A stretch of DNA of 64,000 nucleotides from Neoechinorhynchus agilis (Eukaryota > Animalia > Acanthocephala). Shown piece after piece: positions 51,650 to 63,501 of the stretch (its first letter is position 1; each line of letters starts with the position of its first letter). Location: contig CM121341.1 in NCBI GenBank assembly GCA_051530055.1, positions 2,322,638 through 2,386,637 on the forward strand, given 5' to 3'. The position numbers were made by a program, and so were the translations under genes. The notes below the pieces were generated by a model. That model was not told the DNA's origin. It saw nothing but the letters and a program-made list of their open reading frames with translations, and searched no databases.

Positions 51650-52693
51650 TTTGCGGGCATTAAAACGGTGTTTTTGAAAGGTAGTAAAAAGTTTAACAAG
51701 ACAGGAATTTATGAGAAAATGAAGCCTGAGATTGGTTTGTATGGTATTTGGTTTGTAGAGTTTTTACTCATTCCGTCTGAGGTTTTGTCTAAAAACCATA
51801 CAATGAGTTTTTTCTTTTGAGTATTTTTGCTTGCATAAAACTTAATAGCGGAAAATAAATTTTAATCAATACCGAAATGGCCGCTACAAATCTCGCTGCT
51901 TAATTCTTTTTCGATTTTTTCGTTTAAAAACAACAATTTATTAATATTCAACAAAATGAGTTTTTTGCAAAACAAACCCAATGATTTCCATCTTCCTTTA
52001 ATTCCAGAAAGAATGATTTTTGTGTAATTTTTCTCGTAATTTTCTAAGGGAGTCTTAATCGTAGATGTTAGCCGATTCGTGACAGAACGGAAATAAAATG
52101 CGGTTTTAAAATTCATCGATTTGTCTAAAGCTATTAAATGTCTAATCATTGAAATTATATTTGTATTGCTTTATTTATAAATGTTTTTAAAATTCAAATA
52201 ATATTCATAAGAAGTATCCAAGAATTAGTAAAGATTTCGTGTCGTCAAATAATAGAATTTCTTTGTATTTTTGTAAAGGTTTTGGTATTAAATTTCTTAT
52301 AAAGTAAATGCGCTTATATTTTATTTGTTTTCAACAGTACATTTAAAAAGCAATTCGTTAATTATATGATTCCCGAGTCGCTTTTAAGTCGAAGATTCTA
52401 TTTACAAGTCGATTTTCGGCGAAAGTTATTCCACTTTGACGATTGTCGCTTCATTAGTTTCCGTTGAATCGAAAAAGATGCGAGGTGATCATTAATTTGA
52501 GCTGATTTATGAATGCTTTTTAAGGGGATTTTAATTTCGACCTCTCAATAATGTTTCCCTCGCAACGCCATTTTTGTTTCAATTTTAGATTGAGCTTTAA
52601 AATCATCCAACATTGCATTAACGAACGAGTTTTCTTCATGTCAACAAATTAGACTTTGAATTTGTTTAAACCGATTGGTGACTATGGCAATAA

Positions 52694-53392
52694 TTGAAAA
52701 TACATTATTTGACAATGTTCGAGTTTGAAATGACTCATTTTTATCGACTTTCAAAGGAAGAAATTTTAAAGGAAATGAGAAGAGGAAAACGTGGACATGT
52801 CAAGGATCTCATTCGACTTGGAAAAGAAATGCTACAGCCTTCTGTGTTTAAAGATTACTTAAAAATATTTTCAAAGCTTGATCCAGCAAACAGTGAAAAA
52901 ATAACAGCAAAGTCATTTTACCAAGCATTGAGAAAACAAGGCTCCAGGGTGTCAGAAGAAGATGTAGCGGATAATTTCAAAGCAATCAGTTGTAATGGCG
53001 AGCCTGCTATTGATTTTGAGGAATTCATTGCTTTACAAGTTGACTACGAGAGGGTCTACGGCGAGGATCGTAAATTAAGGGAAGGTTTCTCAGTATTGGA
53101 CTATAATGGTGATGGATTTATCGAGTTAGATGATCTCAAAAATTGGATGTTTGAGAACCTTCAGTCTAGCCAATTAGATGACGAGGATCTTAGAGCTATG
53201 ATAAGAGTGGCTACTTCAAATCGTGGCAACAAAGTCTCATTCCGAGAGTTTGAGGCCATGATGAAAAGTCATCCTTCGAGGTTGGACAATATAAAGCAAC
53301 ATACAATACGAGAACGAGAACCATCGCATATTGCTATTGATTCGGATATTATTGGTAGAAGAACTACACGCATGACGAAAAATAAAATCTAG
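52694..53392 (+). CDS. Calmodulin/centrin-like EF-hand protein (start codon uncertain)
   Basis: Four EF-hand-like units; canonical DYNGDGFIELDDL, plus IDFEEF and VSFREF. Confidence 0.88.
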   Translation: MKIHYLTMFEFEMTHFYRLSKEEILKEMRRGKRGHVKDLIRLGKEMLQPSVFKDYLKIFSKLDPANSEKITAKSFYQALRKQGSRVSEEDVADNFKAISCNGEPAIDFEEFIALQVDYERVYGEDRKLREGFSVLDYNGDGFIELDDLKNWMFENLQSSQLDDEDLRAMIRVATSNRGNKVSFREFEAMMKSHPSRLDNIKQHTIREREPSHIAIDSDIIGRRTTRMTKNKI

Positions 53393-53539
53393 AGATAAAT
53401 CAACCTGACAGTGATCGTTATAGTCGAATTCATATTTTAACTGATTGAATCACTCATTATCAATTCAAATCAAAAAAAATAAGCACCAAAGGTCAAGCCG
53501 ACAAAAGGTAATTGGGGTGAAAACGTTGATTTGTTCCCT

Positions 53540-54340
53540 TCCATATCGTATTGGTCATTTCAATGTCGACATTCTTTAGTAAATCGATATCCCTCACAGA
53601 GAACTTCGGTTTTATCGAACCCAATTAAGTGTGGGTTCGGTTTACATGGATAATAAAGTTGTATTCACCGAGACGGATTTCTTTGGATAGCGCATTTACC
53701 TACGAATGCCATCTCACTGTCGTTGCAGCATACAACATCCAAAATAGTTTTAGCTGTGGTTTGGGTTTAAAGATGCCCGTGATAATCAGGGTTCTCTGGT
53801 AGATGGATTCAACTCCGTTTATCGTGTATTTCTAAAGTCTTATGATCTCGCCGATGCGCCGTGTCGATGTTTTAAGACTTACATTAGCCGATTTCTACAT
53901 GTCTAACGGGGGAGATAAAATCGTGGCGATACATCGACGACGTTTTCTGCATGTTCAAACTTAATCCTAGACTCCTTCCACTCACGCATCTATTCAACAA
54001 AAAAGATAAGACAATTCAATGGTCCATCTTTTACGAAGACAAAATTAAGACGATAAGTTTCCTCGGCGTTTGTGTAATGAGAACAAGTCGTCAAGTAAGC
54101 ACTTATACCGAAAACCTGAAATCTGTTGGAAAAGCGCATCGTTTAAAATCAACTCGCCTCAAGCCTTTAAAACAAACACTGCCTTTATTTTGGAGAGCTA
54201 TCAAAGTCTGAAATATTGATCATGAGAGAAACCTTGAGATCGATAATATCAAGAACATGTTCTAAAGGAGGGACTCTCCGGGTTAGACGATACGACAGGC
54301 TCACAAGAAAAAGTTGTATACCTGACCAAATCGACCGATC
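53540..54340 (+). mobile_element. Penelope-like RT relic
   Basis: FNVDIL (DV.SLF motif region) near 53560; later IQWSIFYEDKIKTISFLGVCV resembles the PLE RT C-terminal I.FT.E.E....+.FLD motif. Confidence 0.55.
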
Positions 54341-54399
54341 GAAATCCCATTAGTAACATTCAACCTGAATTCGGGTTGATGACTTTGGCTCTAATCTTT

Positions 54400-54700
54400 T
54401 ACGCATGACCCTTTGAAATTCGAAATACTTAGTTCGTTTATATCACAAGAGAACAGCGGCTATCACGGGAATCTTCAAACTAAAACCACATCTAAAAACT
54501 ATTTCCGATGTAGTATGCCGCATTCCCTGCAACGACTTTGAGATGGCCAACGTAGGTGAAACATTGAGCTGTTCAAAGCAGTCTCCGTAAACAAAAGTTC
54601 GCTTTACGATGTACCGCAGACTCAATTGGGTTCGACAGAACCGAATTTCTTTCCAATAACCGAAATCTACTCATTAAAAAAAGAGTGTCGACATTAAAAA
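54400..54700 (-). mobile_element. Penelope-like RT relic, inverted relative to 53540-53700
   Basis: LRYIVKRTFVYGDCFEQLNVSPTLA; TTAATGTCGACA...CGAACCCAATT aligns with the plus-strand copy. Confidence 0.6.
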
Positions 54701-55377
54701 GTACCAACTCCAATTCCCTTCAGCTGGCCTAAATACACCCAAGGAGGGCACCTTATGGGGTTGACGATTCCGGGTTCCCGAATCAAAACGAAATTAATAA
54801 TGTCGTGTGTTTGTGACCTTAGGTGCTTATTTTTCAGATTCGATAATGATTGAATCAATTAGTCAAAATATATTCTTCTTTAATGATCCTTCTCGAGTGT
54901 CGACAAGCGTCCTAAATAAGAACGAACTTAAACCTCTCTCGTCTCACTCTAAACTTTTTATATGCCGACGATCTCACCCAAATCACAAACGACTCTCTCT
55001 CCTTAACATCTAACGAAATCCGCCAAATTAAAGATATTTGCACCAACCACAAACTCCACCTGAATTTCTCTAAATGCTTCGAAATGATCCCCTCACTCTC
55101 CCGCCTTCCAAATTACATCCGACGAGTCACCTCCCTCAGAATTCTGGGTCTCCCAACCTCACAAACTGTCCTACTCCAGTGGTGTAAGATGATATTTTAA
55201 CCACACGCGGCTGAATTGTTCCAGAGGTACACGATTCCTCCACTTTGAATAAAGGGCTTCACGAACTATTCATCGCTGGAGGCCTTAATCTATTTTTGCT
55301 TCAATTTTTTTGGTCGTTTCATTAAAAATCTCGCATCCTAAAGTACGATGTAACTATCATTTAATTTCTAACCTTAG

Positions 55378-55701
55378 ATGTCATCAAATAAATTGAACGA
55401 ATCGCTAAAATTTAACAGCAGTTTCAGTCGTATACTTCACAGCTACAATGAAGACATAAACGGCTCAAATGTTGCGACGAGCGTCAACACGGATACTTTG
55501 CTCAGTACTTGCGAACAAATACTTTCAAAATCAGAGGCATTGTGTAAGGCCATTCAAATAGATGAACAAGATTCCAAAATTCATTGTGAGTGGATTAGGC
55601 GACGAAGAGAGCTACGCCAGCGAGTTTCTGAAGTAGAGAAGTTGCTTGAAGCTGAAAATAGCGCATCAATAGCTTCTCAAAAAAATAATGAATCCATTTG
55701 A
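55378..55701 (+). CDS. Uncharacterised 107-aa coiled-coil protein
   Basis: Acceptor TTTCTAACCTTAG directly before ATG; AATAAA downstream. Confidence 0.6.
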   Translation: MSSNKLNESLKFNSSFSRILHSYNEDINGSNVATSVNTDTLLSTCEQILSKSEALCKAIQIDEQDSKIHCEWIRRRRELRQRVSEVEKLLEAENSASIASQKNNESI

Positions 55702-56189
55702 AGCGATCATCTTTAAATTTTGTCTTTTATGACGCTTAGTGACCTAAAGTCAAAAATAAAATGCTAAAATGACGATCGGTATGGTAAATTGTTATTTTTT
55801 CCAGGAAACTTTTTATCAATAAGGAACAAAATAGTGTTAGATCATTCACCACACCACCGTTCTGGATCACTCGATGGCCGTCGTGGTGTAATGTTCGAAT
55901 GGAAGGAATATAGCCTTCCCCCGTTACACAGACTAATGTTTTGTAGGAGGAATGTTCCTGATCTCGGCTATCGGATCTAACTCAGAAGAAAAAAGATCGG
56001 GAAATCATGGCCATCATTTATTTAAACTGCATTTGGACGTTAGGAGCAAAGAAGATATCAAAGGCTTTTCAAAACTCAAGCATCTAGAAAGTGATTTTTT
56101 TGATGAGTTTTGAAAAGAGAAGCCAGTAAATTGTTGAACAAAAGACGTCGGAACTTCCGAGCTGAAATCGCCCAGGATAAAGTCTGGTG

Positions 56190-57000
56190 TCGAATTGGTC
56201 AAATCGCTTTCATAGGTGGAAATGAAGGACGGGATTTACTGCGAGTGAGAACGATATTGGGCAAAAAGGATTCCCTTGTTGAACTCCTCTTTCTGACCAC
56301 AAAACGTGATTTTTGAGCCACAAGGGAGTTGGCGTCCCATGAAACATTAACGAAATAGCGAAATGCTTCTGGTGCGTGATCTCTAACTTCTTCAAGCAAA
56401 TCTGCTCGGTGAACTGTGTTGAAAGCGTTTAAAAAATCACATTTAAAGATCACGCACGGCTTTGAGTTTCCGGTTATGAACGGGCGGAGTGAATGAACAA
56501 TCGCCTCTGCGCCACAAGGTCTACAGCAGCCCAACTGAGTAGGGCGAATCAGCATTCCTCCTTTTTTTGCGATTCTTTTAAAATTTTTGCCGTTAAGCGA
56601 TACAGAGTTGTTCCAATTGCAATGGGACGAATCCCACCTTTCTTTTTTAAGTTATTTAAGCGGTTGAGAAAAAATGTATTTTTGACCAATATTTTGGTTC
56701 CTTTTTGAGGGCCTTGAAAAACGCGCGCGATCTACAAAGGCAATCAGAACAAAATTAGTGAGGAAGTCAACTCATTACGTTGGTTGGACACAATCGTCTC
56801 CTCCCTACGATCATTCGTACTTTTAACCTCTTGCTCGATAAGCAAGTCTTCGTCCAATGGGTATCTCGCTTGGTATTTCACAAAAGTCGAAAGCTTTACT
56901 CCTTGACCCGGGTGGAACCTTGAGAGGTGTTTGACCCATGGTGTCGGCACGTAGGAGGCCGCATTTGCTTCACGGCGGTGAAGTCATTAGAGAACAAGAT
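56190..57000 (-). mobile_element. CRE-clade RT core fragment
   Basis: GGIRPIAIGTTLYRLTAK, GAEAIVH, DFLNAFNTVHR, SERGVQQGNP. Confidence 0.88.
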
Positions 57001-57383
57001 TGTTTCGTGAAATGATAAGCCAGCTCGATTTTTTGCTTCATTACCGATCCAAAATGATGTTTGGCATAAGTTATTCTGATGGGCACGATCGGTGGATTCA
57101 TTTGATTACCGCCGATTTGTCATCAAATGAATACTCGTGCACAATAATCGTTTTTAAATGTATTGTCGCCACTAAGCGAAATCGGACGCGAGAGTTGCCC
57201 GACATTAGACGTGGCTATATTTTTATTGCACTGATAGTTTCGAAGAAAGCTTCTTCGAGCATTAAGTGCACAATATCACAATGTTAAAATTAACGAGAGG
57301 CAAGTAGCGTAGAGCACTAATGAATCCATTTAGTAGAACACTAAAGATTAAACGATTGTTGCGGAGCTCGAAAAAGAGGCGAA

Positions 57384-57850
57384 AAGCCTACGAGAGATAC
57401 TGAGTGGCATAAACACAACCTGAAAAAAGAATGAAATCCCAATATGTAACGTTGTTATTTGGAAAGATGGTATGAAAGCGAATGTTGCTCCTCCGGGCCT
57501 TTTCCGATTTCGGTTCGATGAGTTTTCTGGATCGACAGTTTTCGGATTCTGAATCTACGTTGTATGCCGCAGATAATGCCAAATAATGCGATGAGTAACC
57601 AATTCGAAGCAGAGCGAGACGCAAATGGCTAATTCCCCTATCAATGGGAAGCTGATTGATCGAGGAGGTAGATCGGAAATGAATGTATCGTTGTCGATTG
57701 TGAAGATACGAGGACAGCCAGTGGATCGCCACGCGTTTAGACCGAGATCGGAGCAGGCCTGGAGGAGTAGTTAAAAGTCCACGGAGTCAAATGCTTTCGA
57801 TAAGTCGCGTAAAAGCGTGTCATAAATGCAAAGTAGGGCATCAATTCAGA
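57384..57850 (-). mobile_element. CR1/L2-like RT relic
   Basis: WLSSYLHNRQRYIHF; nucleotide block TGTCATAAATGCAAAGTAGGGCATC shared with 46768-46792. Confidence 0.7.
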
Positions 57851-58471
57851 AAATTTGGGACTTGAGCCGAATTACAAGGGCGATTGCTTTAGTGGAAGAA
57901 GGCAAGTTTCGAAACATTTTTCGATAATTTTTGAAAAACCTTGCAAAATGGATGTTGGACGGAATTATTCGGTGGAAATCGGATGTCCATTTTTTGGAAG
58001 AAGGATCATTTTAGCAGTTTTCAAGCATAAGGTGAAGACGTCATGTAGAAAGCTGTTATTTATAGTTCTTGGGAAAAATAAAGTTAAAATTTAAGAATTG
58101 GTCAACAATGTCGTCGTATAACCTCGAGTCACGTGGACAATTGAAGGTGGCAATAGTGCACCCGTCGTCCGCACTTTATATTTAGCGACTGGAAATTTTG
58201 GAATTCCTTGAGGAGCTACGTCCCATTGAGTTCATTATTCGAACACCATAAGCCTACGAGAGATACTACAACCTGAAAAAAGAATGAAACCCAAATATGT
58301 AACGTTGTTATTTGGAAAGATGGTATGAAAGCGAATGTTCTTAAATATTATAATTTCCCAGTCGAATATATAAAATCGATCTTACCGCTGACGTCCCTTC
58401 AAAAGTTTTCCAAAATCGAAATATGTTTAAAGTCACATACCTGTCGCTATACTTTATTTCCGCTTTCACCG

Positions 58472-58950
58472 TCAAACTTCTTCCCCGAGCATATAATGTC
58501 TAAACTTGTCCAAATTGTAAAAACATGCCTTGACGGACCTTCCACCGAAAAACCGTCCATTGAGATCAGCAACTGCCTTGTTGGCTGCTTCAATTTTGTC
58601 GAACTCAATAAATATCCGAACTGCTTCTTCCTGGGGAGCCCCAGGTATCTCAAATATCGTAACCCGTTTGGTTTGTCCGTATTTCCGTTCGCATTCCTCA
58701 CGAGTCTCAGTTTCTAGTTCCTTGTCTACTTCTCCCGGACCGACCATATTTCTAAGAAGAATTACTTTTGACGGTTGAGTTGCTGTTGGGCGAATAATAG
58801 GATCTTCAAGTATCTTTCCACCAAGACGGCTCGTCTTTTCAACAATAAGACTTCGTGAGATTCCTTGATTTTGTCGACCGAGTCCTTGACCTTGTTTATA
58901 CCCCATTTTCTCCATTATTTTATTAGCGACAGCGAGTTTGTCTTGAGGCG
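58472..58950 (-). pseudogene. RBM17: Isolated, intact-frame 3' half of SPF45 (G-patch plus UHM), inverted relative to the SPF45 gene
   Basis: LAVANKIMEKMGYKQGQGLG, VILLRNMVGPGEVD, DLNGRFFGGR; upstream sequence is LINE relic, not the SPF45 N-terminus. Confidence 0.75.
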
Positions 58951-59113
58951 GGTTTTGTTGTAGCTACGTCCCATTGAGTTCATTATTCGAACACCATTCG
59001 ATCTCGTTTCAATATATTCGAAACGTTTGTCAATATCACCATCTCGGCATTGCACTCCATCGTTGCTCGTTTTAATTCTATCCGTAGGACGTTTTCAACT
59101 AGCATTTCCGCTA

Positions 59114-59490
59114 TCATTTCGATTGACTAAAGCCATTTAACAATTGTTCTTGAAACTCTCTGTTGGTGGCTTTCAAGTGTTTATTTTCGCCTTGAAGCAG
59201 CTTCAAATGCCTACATTCGTCCTCAAATATCTCGATCCGCGCAAGTAGATAATGTTCGTTAGGGGTCACTTTGATGTTGCACACAAGAATTGGAATATCA
59301 CTGAGTAGCCGGGCACAATCTTTTATATGTCTCATGACGATTCCACAGTTTGAACAAATAGATTAACTCGAGATATTAGAGCAGTTATTTTTGGAATGAG
59401 AAACGAAGAAGTGCGTATCCTTCACTTTCAGTTGACAAGAAATGTAGATGTGGCCACTGATCAGACATTTCGAACATTGAGGAACTGAGA
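59114..59490 (-). mobile_element. Possible LINE ORF1 relic (PHD-like Cys/His pattern plus coiled coil)
   Basis: CSKC...H.YISC...CSNC followed by heptad-like sequence; surrounded by L2-like relics. Confidence 0.35.
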
Positions 59491-59550
59491 AGTCATGAAT
59501 GGATCGGTGGCCATGAATATGAGGGCAATAGCCAACAAAACAAATGGCTT

Positions 59551-60190
59551 TCAATCTCGTTTAGAAAGGTATTTAATGGGAATGAAATCGTGCTCCTCTC
59601 TCCAGTCGCCGCGTTGATTCGTTTCCCCAAGTCCTTCACGAGGAGGGCTAGTGCCGACCCTCCCAAGGTACGTTTCCACACCGAAGGGGACAAAATGGTA
59701 GTTTCGGATTAGCTCCCTGTATTTCGAGCATTTCCGCTCCTCTGCCGCCGTCGCCGCTCCTCCTGGACCCTTTTTCGAGTGGCTGATGTTGGAGCTTGCC
59801 AACGTGTCCACACACGTTGCATCCCACAACAAACATTTTCCCTCCCGCCAAGGAAATACGGTCACGCCATCAGGGCGTCTTCCATCTAATCTACAAAGAT
59901 TAGTGGGTTCTAGAATGTTTGGAAGGGAAAGCGTTTTTAGGGTCCTACTCAGAATGGCATTGATTTCAGCATGCCTTGGAAATCGTCCCGATGACGTCTT
60001 GCATATGAGACCGAAGAGTCCACTATAGTGCCGCAGCGGCAACGATGAGGGATGTAAATCGATAGACCTATACTCCAAGGATACTGCGATCCTGAAGACT
60101 GAGTCAGCAAGGAGAGTTCCAAGTTTCCCTACAGGGAGAGCATTCAACCACGCTCCCGACTCCTTCGTGGAACAGGCTACCAGCCGGACC
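59551..60190 (-). mobile_element. CRE-clade RLE-domain fragment
   Basis: GRFPRHAEIN, RLDGRRPDG, WDATCVDTLA, RKCSKY, FVPFGVET. Confidence 0.9.
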
Positions 60191-60244
60191 TTATGAGTAT
60201 TCGTTTAATGCAAAGAATAGAGAAAATTCCATGGACTTATTAAA

Positions 60245-60450
60245 GATTCAGACGTATGGAGCGCTCGGCAGCTCGGCACTCTCTCTGCTCAAGGATCTCT
60301 CGAAGAAATTGAGAGAGGCAACCGGAGACTCAAGAGCAGGCTTATTTCTTCGACAAAATATCTCGCTGGCAGTACAACGAGGCAATGCTCCCAGCGTGAT
60401 GGCGACGGTCGAGGAAGGACAAAAGCTGGAATTCGGCGGGAGGTGGTGAA
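60245..60450 (+). mobile_element. CRE-clade 3' terminal fragment
   Basis: TYGALG...ATGDSRAGLFLRQNISLAVQRGNAPSVMAT. Confidence 0.85.
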
Positions 60451-60758
60451 TGTAAAGAAAAGTAATTTCGAGAATAGTTTTGTTTAAAAAAAAATATATA
60501 TTGAAGGAACAAAGCAAGAGTTTCCCTTCAATTTCTTTTAGTTGGTCTAAATGCACTTATGAGCGCAGTCTACGGGGGTTGACGATCTCGGGTCCCCGAG
60601 TCAAACAAACACTCGGTTGACCTGCTAATTTTTAGATAGAACTGATATAATGATTCTGATTCAACCGGCCGAAATATACATACGATTTTAACGATTCCTC
60701 TTGGGTGTGTGCATACTAATTAAAGAGTCTAAAGAATTTTATTAAAACAAAGATTCAG

Positions 60759-61211
60759 CTACTGCGATGGGCGAATCAAATTTCCACGTTCTATTAGAGT
60801 TTTCGTTATTTGCATTTGAACCAACGGGAAATATCCTTTCATTTTCTCAGCCATATCACTGCCAGCGGCGGATGATACAATCTCGGTCAACTTTTCGGGC
60901 ATTGGACTGCAAATGGCAGCTACTGCATAATGTTGAGCAGCCAAATCTTCATCACCGTCGGCCAAAGCCGAATCCGCGTCAATAAGATGTTGTTCAAAAA
61001 ACCGTTGCATTTCCTTAAGGTCCGAGAGAGCTGGGATATTTAAATTTAAGGTTAACTTTGTCGTAGATAGTTCTTGTTGTTGACGTGCTCGTCGTTCTTT
61101 AAGCTTTCTCCGAAAATCAGGGGCCGAGCGTCGTCGATAGTCAAAATAGCCACAATAAGCTACGAAACCAACTACGGCTAAACCAGCCGTCGCTAACAAT
61201 CGATAGGACAT
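60759..61211 (-). CDS. TOMM20: Mitochondrial import receptor TOM20
   Basis: N-terminal TM segment followed by YCGYFDYRRRSAPDFRRKLKERR. Confidence 0.93.
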   Translation of the reverse strand: MSYRLLATAGLAVVGFVAYCGYFDYRRRSAPDFRRKLKERRARQQQELSTTKLTLNLNIPALSDLKEMQRFFEQHLIDADSALADGDEDLAAQHYAVAAICSPMPEKLTEIVSSAAGSDMAEKMKGYFPLVQMQITKTLIERGNLIRPSQ

Positions 61212-61639
61212 TTCAAAATTGTTAAATGTCGTAGCATACTCTATTTTTTAAAGAAAAAAAAGAGAACGCTCTGTGACGTCATAAAACACAGGTTTCTTTC
61301 GTTGCTATTTCCAACGCTTGTTGAGTTTGACTCGTTTGTGTGGAAGATTTTGTGACATCACGTCGTTGGGATCATTGCTTCGAGAAATCGAGACGGTTTT
61401 ATTAATATATAGAAGGTCGACCCCAAGAAAATGAAATCTTAAATTTCGATTCTTTCTTTGAAAGATTTTTTGGCATGCACACTGTTCGTGTTTCGAACGT
61501 TGTTCCAACGCTGCTCGCCTCCTTTAATTTCATTGTTAACAGCAATTTTTGAGCCGTGTATTTTTTGATAAATCCTGTGAGTTTGTTCAGGATTGGAGTT
61601 ATGGCGATCATAATCTCTAGCCGCCTAATAACCTTTGGA

Positions 61640-63285
61640 ATGAATACGAGAACGCAACTTTGCGTATTCGTAGTTTTTTGTAGGCGTCCAAACGGACGAT
61701 ATCAAAAAATTGAGGAAGCGCGATTTGCCGCTTTTCTTGAAAGATTTCCTATCAAATCGATGTTTTGTGCAAAACCCTTTTGAATAAATACGAGAACGCA
61801 ACTTTGCGTATTCGTAGTTTTTTGTAGGCGTCCAAACGGACGATATCAAAAAATTGAGGAAGCGCGATTTGCCGCTTTTCTTGAAAGATTTCCTATCAAA
61901 TCGATGTTTTGTGCAAAACCCTTTTGAATAAATACGAGAACGCAACTTTGCGTATTCGTAGTTTTTTGTAGGCGTCCAAACGGACGATATCAAAAAATTG
62001 AGGAAGCGCGATTTGCCGCTTTTCTTGAAAGATTTCCTATCAAATCGATGTTTTGTGCAAAACCCTTTTGAATAAATACGAGAACGCAACTTTGCGTATT
62101 CGTAGTTTTTTGTAGGCGTCCAAACGGACGATATCAAAAAATTGAGGAAGCGCGATTTGCCGCTTTTCTTGAAAGATTTCCTATCAAATCGATGTTTTGT
62201 GCAAAACCCTTTTTGAATAAATACGAGAACGCAACTTTGCGTATTCGGCGTCCAAACGGACGATATCAAAAAATTGAGGAAGCGCGATTTGCCGCTTTTC
62301 TTGAAAGATTTCCTATCAAATCGATGTTTTGTGCAAAACCCTTTTGAATAAATACGAGAACGCAACTTTGCGTATTCGTAGTTTTGCGTCCAAACGGACG
62401 ATATCAAAAAATTGAGGAAGCGCGATTTGCCGCTTTTCTTGAAAGATTTCCTATCAAATCGATGTTTTGTGCAAAACCCTTTAGAATGAATACGAGAACG
62501 CAACTTTGCGTATTCGTAGTTTTTTGTAGGCGTCCAAACGGACGATATCAAAAAATTGAGGAAGCGCGATTTGCCGCTTTTCTTGAAAGATTTCTTATCA
62601 AATCGATGTTTTGTGCAAAACCCTTTTTGAATAAATACGAGAACGCAACTTTGCGTATTCGGCGTCCAAACGGACGATATCAAAAAATTGAGGAAGCGCG
62701 ATTTGCCGCTTTTCTTGAAAGATTTCCTATCAAATCGATGTTTTGTGCAAAACCCTTTAGAATGAATACGAGAACGCAACTTTGCGTATTCGTAGTTTTT
62801 TGTAGGCGTCCAAACGGACGATATCAAAAAATTGAGGAAGCGCGATTTGCCGCTTTTCTTGAAAGATTTCTTATCAAATCGATGTTTTGTGCAAAACCCT
62901 TTTTGAATAAATACGAGAACGCAACTTTGCTGGCGTCCAAACGGACGATATCAAAAAATTGAGGAAGCGCGATTTGCCGCTTTTCTTGAAAGATTTATCA
63001 AATCGATGTTTTGTGCAAAACCCTTTTTGAATAAATACGAGAACGCAACTTTATATTTGGCGTCCAAACGGACGATATCAAAAAATTGAGGAAACGCGAT
63101 TTGCCGCTTTTCTTGAAAGATTTCCTATCAAATCGATGTTTTGTGCAAAACCCTTTAGAATAAATACGAGAACGCAACTTTGCGTATTCGTAGTTTTTTG
63201 TAGGCGTCCAAACGGACGATATCAAAAAATTGGGGAAACGCGATTTGCCGCTTTTCTTTAAAGATTTCTTATCAAATCGATGCAT
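61640..63285. repeat. Tandem array of a ~144-bp hairpin-rich unit (about 11-12 copies, with deletion variants)
   Basis: AATACGAGAACGCAACTTTGCG recurs at 61643, 61787 and onward; source of the spurious repeat ORFs. Confidence 0.95.
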
Positions 63286-63501
63286 TGCTCTTGTCGAAGC
63301 TACAATAAAATGATTTTTAACCGGACGCCAAAGTCAAAATTTACCATCCCGACGGTCGAGCGGTTCCATTAGTAGCGAAAACGTATTTATTTGTTCTGAT
63401 CAATTGACGATTTTTGTGCAGTCAAATTTACGGAAATGTATATTGCATTCTTTACGCGCTCAATATTTTGGTCCATATAATTTTTTTCTTGTTCTTCAGA
63501 T

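Noticed and set aside
61625-63285. 400-aa, 192-aa and 95-aa ORFs
   Set aside because: Products of the 144-bp satellite, with frame-breaking indels between units.
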